Source: an uncultured bacterium
GTDB lineage: Bacteria > Actinomycetota > Acidimicrobiia > Spongiisociales > UBA5794
Direction: 5' to 3'
NCBI GenBank assembly: GCA_963801165.1
Contig: CAWDDT010000005.1
Coordinates: 448,001-512,000 of the forward strand
Length of the DNA: 64,000 bases
Shown: piece after piece, positions 62,387 through 64,000 of the stretch
How the letters are laid out: each line of letters begins with the position of its first letter
Numbering within the stretch: position 1 is the first letter of the stretch
Made by a program: the position numbers and the translations under genes
Notes under the pieces: generated by a model
Told to the model about the DNA's origin: nothing
Seen by the model: only the letters and a program-made list of their open reading frames with translations
Databases searched by the model: none

Positions 62387-62388
62387 AA

Positions 62389-62523
62389 CTAGTGGGGTGC
62401 CTTGCGCTGGTCGGCAGGTCCCCATACTCCGGTGGATGCAGGCTGCTTCACCGGGCGCTTCAGATAGGCCGCAACCGCGGCTGCGAGCGCAGCCAACACG
62501 AGGAGACGCTTGTTCATCACCAT
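62389..62523 (-). CDS. Small single-TM protein
   Basis: MVMNKRLLVLAALAAAVAAYLKRPVKQPASTGVWGPADQRKAPH; fills the gap between co-oriented genes. Confidence 0.5.
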   Translation of the reverse strand: MVMNKRLLVLAALAAAVAAYLKRPVKQPASTGVWGPADQRKAPH

Positions 62524-62536
62524 CAGGGTAACGCGA

Positions 62537-63268
62537 TCAGCTGACTGCCCGATCGAAAAGCCATCCAACCCAATAGGCGATGACTCCGCCGATGCCGGCA
62601 ATGATGAGGTTCTCCAAACCCGCCTTCACCGTGTGGGTCTTGGTCACCACACTCTTAGCCGCACCGACGGCGAACAAGCCGATTGTGGTGAAGACACCGG
62701 CTACCGCCAGACCTGCCTGCGTGCTGCCGATCAGGGCGAAGGGAATCACCGAGGGAAGAGAGCCGCAGATGAAGGTGAAACCCGAGACCGTCATCGCGGC
62801 ATAGGGGGACCGCTCTTCGGAGTCGACGACGCCGAACTCCATCACCTTCATCGAAGCGAGGAGACGCTCGTCGTTCTCGGCAAATATGTCCACTGCGGCA
62901 TCGAGGTCGTCACCGTCCAGCGCCATCTCGGCGAGCATCTCCCTGAGTTGATCGACTTCCATCTGCCTGTGGTGACGGATGTGGTCTCGCTCGATCTTCA
63001 GTTCCCGGGCCAGCACCTCGGTTTGCGACTTGGTTGCCAGGAACTCGCCCGCCGCCATCGAGATCGCCCCGGCAATGGCACCCCCCACCGCAGTCAGCAG
63101 GACTTGCTTGGTGGTGAGTCCACCGCCGACGACGACGGCGACCAGCAGGATCATCGAAACGAGCCCATCGTTCACACCGAGGATGATGTCCCGCCAGTAC
63201 TGGCGGCTCGTCCCCACGTGCGGTTCGTACGGGGCTGGTTCTGCGGTTGCCGGTTCGTTGCCTGTCAT
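62537..63268 (-). CDS. VIT1/CCC1 family metal transporter
   Basis: RDIILGVNDGLVS, AGAISMAAGEFL and GSLPSVIPF motifs. Confidence 0.93.
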   Translation of the reverse strand: MTGNEPATAEPAPYEPHVGTSRQYWRDIILGVNDGLVSMILLVAVVVGGGLTTKQVLLTAVGGAIAGAISMAAGEFLATKSQTEVLARELKIERDHIRHHRQMEVDQLREMLAEMALDGDDLDAAVDIFAENDERLLASMKVMEFGVVDSEERSPYAAMTVSGFTFICGSLPSVIPFALIGSTQAGLAVAGVFTTIGLFAVGAAKSVVTKTHTVKAGLENLIIAGIGGVIAYWVGWLFDRAVS

Positions 63269-63331
63269 CGGTTTCGAAGGTTACCTCGACTGAGGGATGG
63301 CATTCCGTGGGCAGTCGGAGCGAAGTCACCC

Positions 63332-63389
63332 CCGACTAGAAACCACTTCCGACTAGAAACCACTTCCGACTAGAAATCACTTCCGACTA
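63332..63389. repeat. 17-bp tandem repeat CCGACTAGAAA(C/T)CACTT, about 3.4 copies
   Basis: Units at 63332, 63349 and 63366 plus a partial unit at 63383; no spacers. Confidence 0.92.
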
Positions 63390-63519
63390 TCAGACTGAGA
63401 GCCGGTGCGCCGCCGGAACGTTACCCGGGTTTCCGTCGTGGCGGTAGGTGATGTCGCCGCCCATCATCCTCGCCGGCTGCCGGCTCGCCGTGAGGCCGAG
63501 ACCAACAGCTAGGGCCGAT

Positions 63520-63536
63520 TCTCAGTGGATTCTTAG
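63520..63536 (+). promoter_or_regulatory. TCTCAG-N5-TCTTAG direct repeat (MprA/OmpR-family box-like)
   Basis: Hexamer direct repeat with 11-bp period about 80 nt upstream of a secreted-protein gene. Confidence 0.5.
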
Positions 63537-63616
63537 ACACATGACGGCGCCGGGCAAATACGATGTCTGGATATCAATGTCTCGATGTCAGTTGTCGCCG
63601 TGAAAGGACCGACTGA

Positions 63617-64000
63617 ATGAACATGAAGAATTTCCGAACCGGCGTGGCCGCGTCCGTTGGCGGCGCCGTTTTGCTCGGGGGCCTGCTGGTGGGGGCTTCA
63701 ATTGCGCGAGCCGACAACAGCCCCGGGACGACACAGACCACACCGAATCACATTTCCGACAGCCGAACCGGCGACTCCGCTCATTTCCATGGAATAGGCG
63801 TCCATGGGATAGGCGCCACCATTGACGAGCTGGCCAACGAGCTCGGGTTGAGCGTCGATGAGCTCAGACAAAAGCTCGGCGACGGCGCGACTCTCAAGGA
63901 GTTGGCCGATGCAGCCGGTGTCGACGTCGACACCGTGATTGCGAACGTCAAGGACCGTCTCGAGGCCACGCTCGACGACGAAGTCACGGCGGGGCATCTC
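63617..64000 (+). CDS. Secreted hypothetical protein (partial, runs off the window)
   Basis: AAAGGA RBS; MNMKNFRTGVAASVGGAVLLGGLLVGASIARA signal-like sequence; LANELGLSVDELRQKLGDGATLKELA helical motif. Confidence 0.75.
   Translation, partial: MNMKNFRTGVAASVGGAVLLGGLLVGASIARADNSPGTTQTTPNHISDSRTGDSAHFHGIGVHGIGATIDELANELGLSVDELRQKLGDGATLKELADAAGVDVDTVIANVKDRLEATLDDEVTAGHL

Noticed and set aside
63332-63389. Possible CRISPR array
   Set aside because: The 17-bp units are directly adjacent with no spacers, and no cas genes are present.

Overview
High-GC actinobacterial chromosome segment, most consistent with class Acidimicrobiia (inferred from gene order and protein style), spanning the replication origin. 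The right half is the conserved oriC neighbourhood: cca, a kinase-like protein, sigM, anti-sigma, trxB, trxA, a cwlM-like gene, parB, parA, rsmG, jag, yidC, yidD, rnpA, rpmH, dnaA, oriC, dnaN, recF, DUF721/dciA, gyrB, gyrA and DUF3566. It includes parS sites, DnaA boxes and DnaA-trios. The left half holds pyrE, a ~2,530-aa LPXTG surface protein, a DASS transporter/cNMP-kinase/receiver operon, a membrane PhoD plus RPH-like dikinase operon, aldR/ald, an arg cluster lacking argD and argF, a GT-C/GT2 pair and an orphan YjjW-type activase. The most striking unannotated element is a tandem pair of paralogous ~65-70 nt two-hairpin RNA candidates at 1054-1270. Each has its own sigma28/WhiG-like promoter, a 5' hairpin exposing an anti-Shine-Dalgarno CCUUC loop, and a terminator hairpin that covaries between the copies. 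The same promoter motif precedes a degenerate pilT and a probably leaderless membrane-protein gene, suggesting a small regulon. The gyrase carries several substitutions at quinolone-resistance positions, and gyrA has a one-base frameshift in a G-run that is probably an assembly error. No tRNA, rRNA, CRISPR array or transposase was seen. Start codons were chosen by eye.
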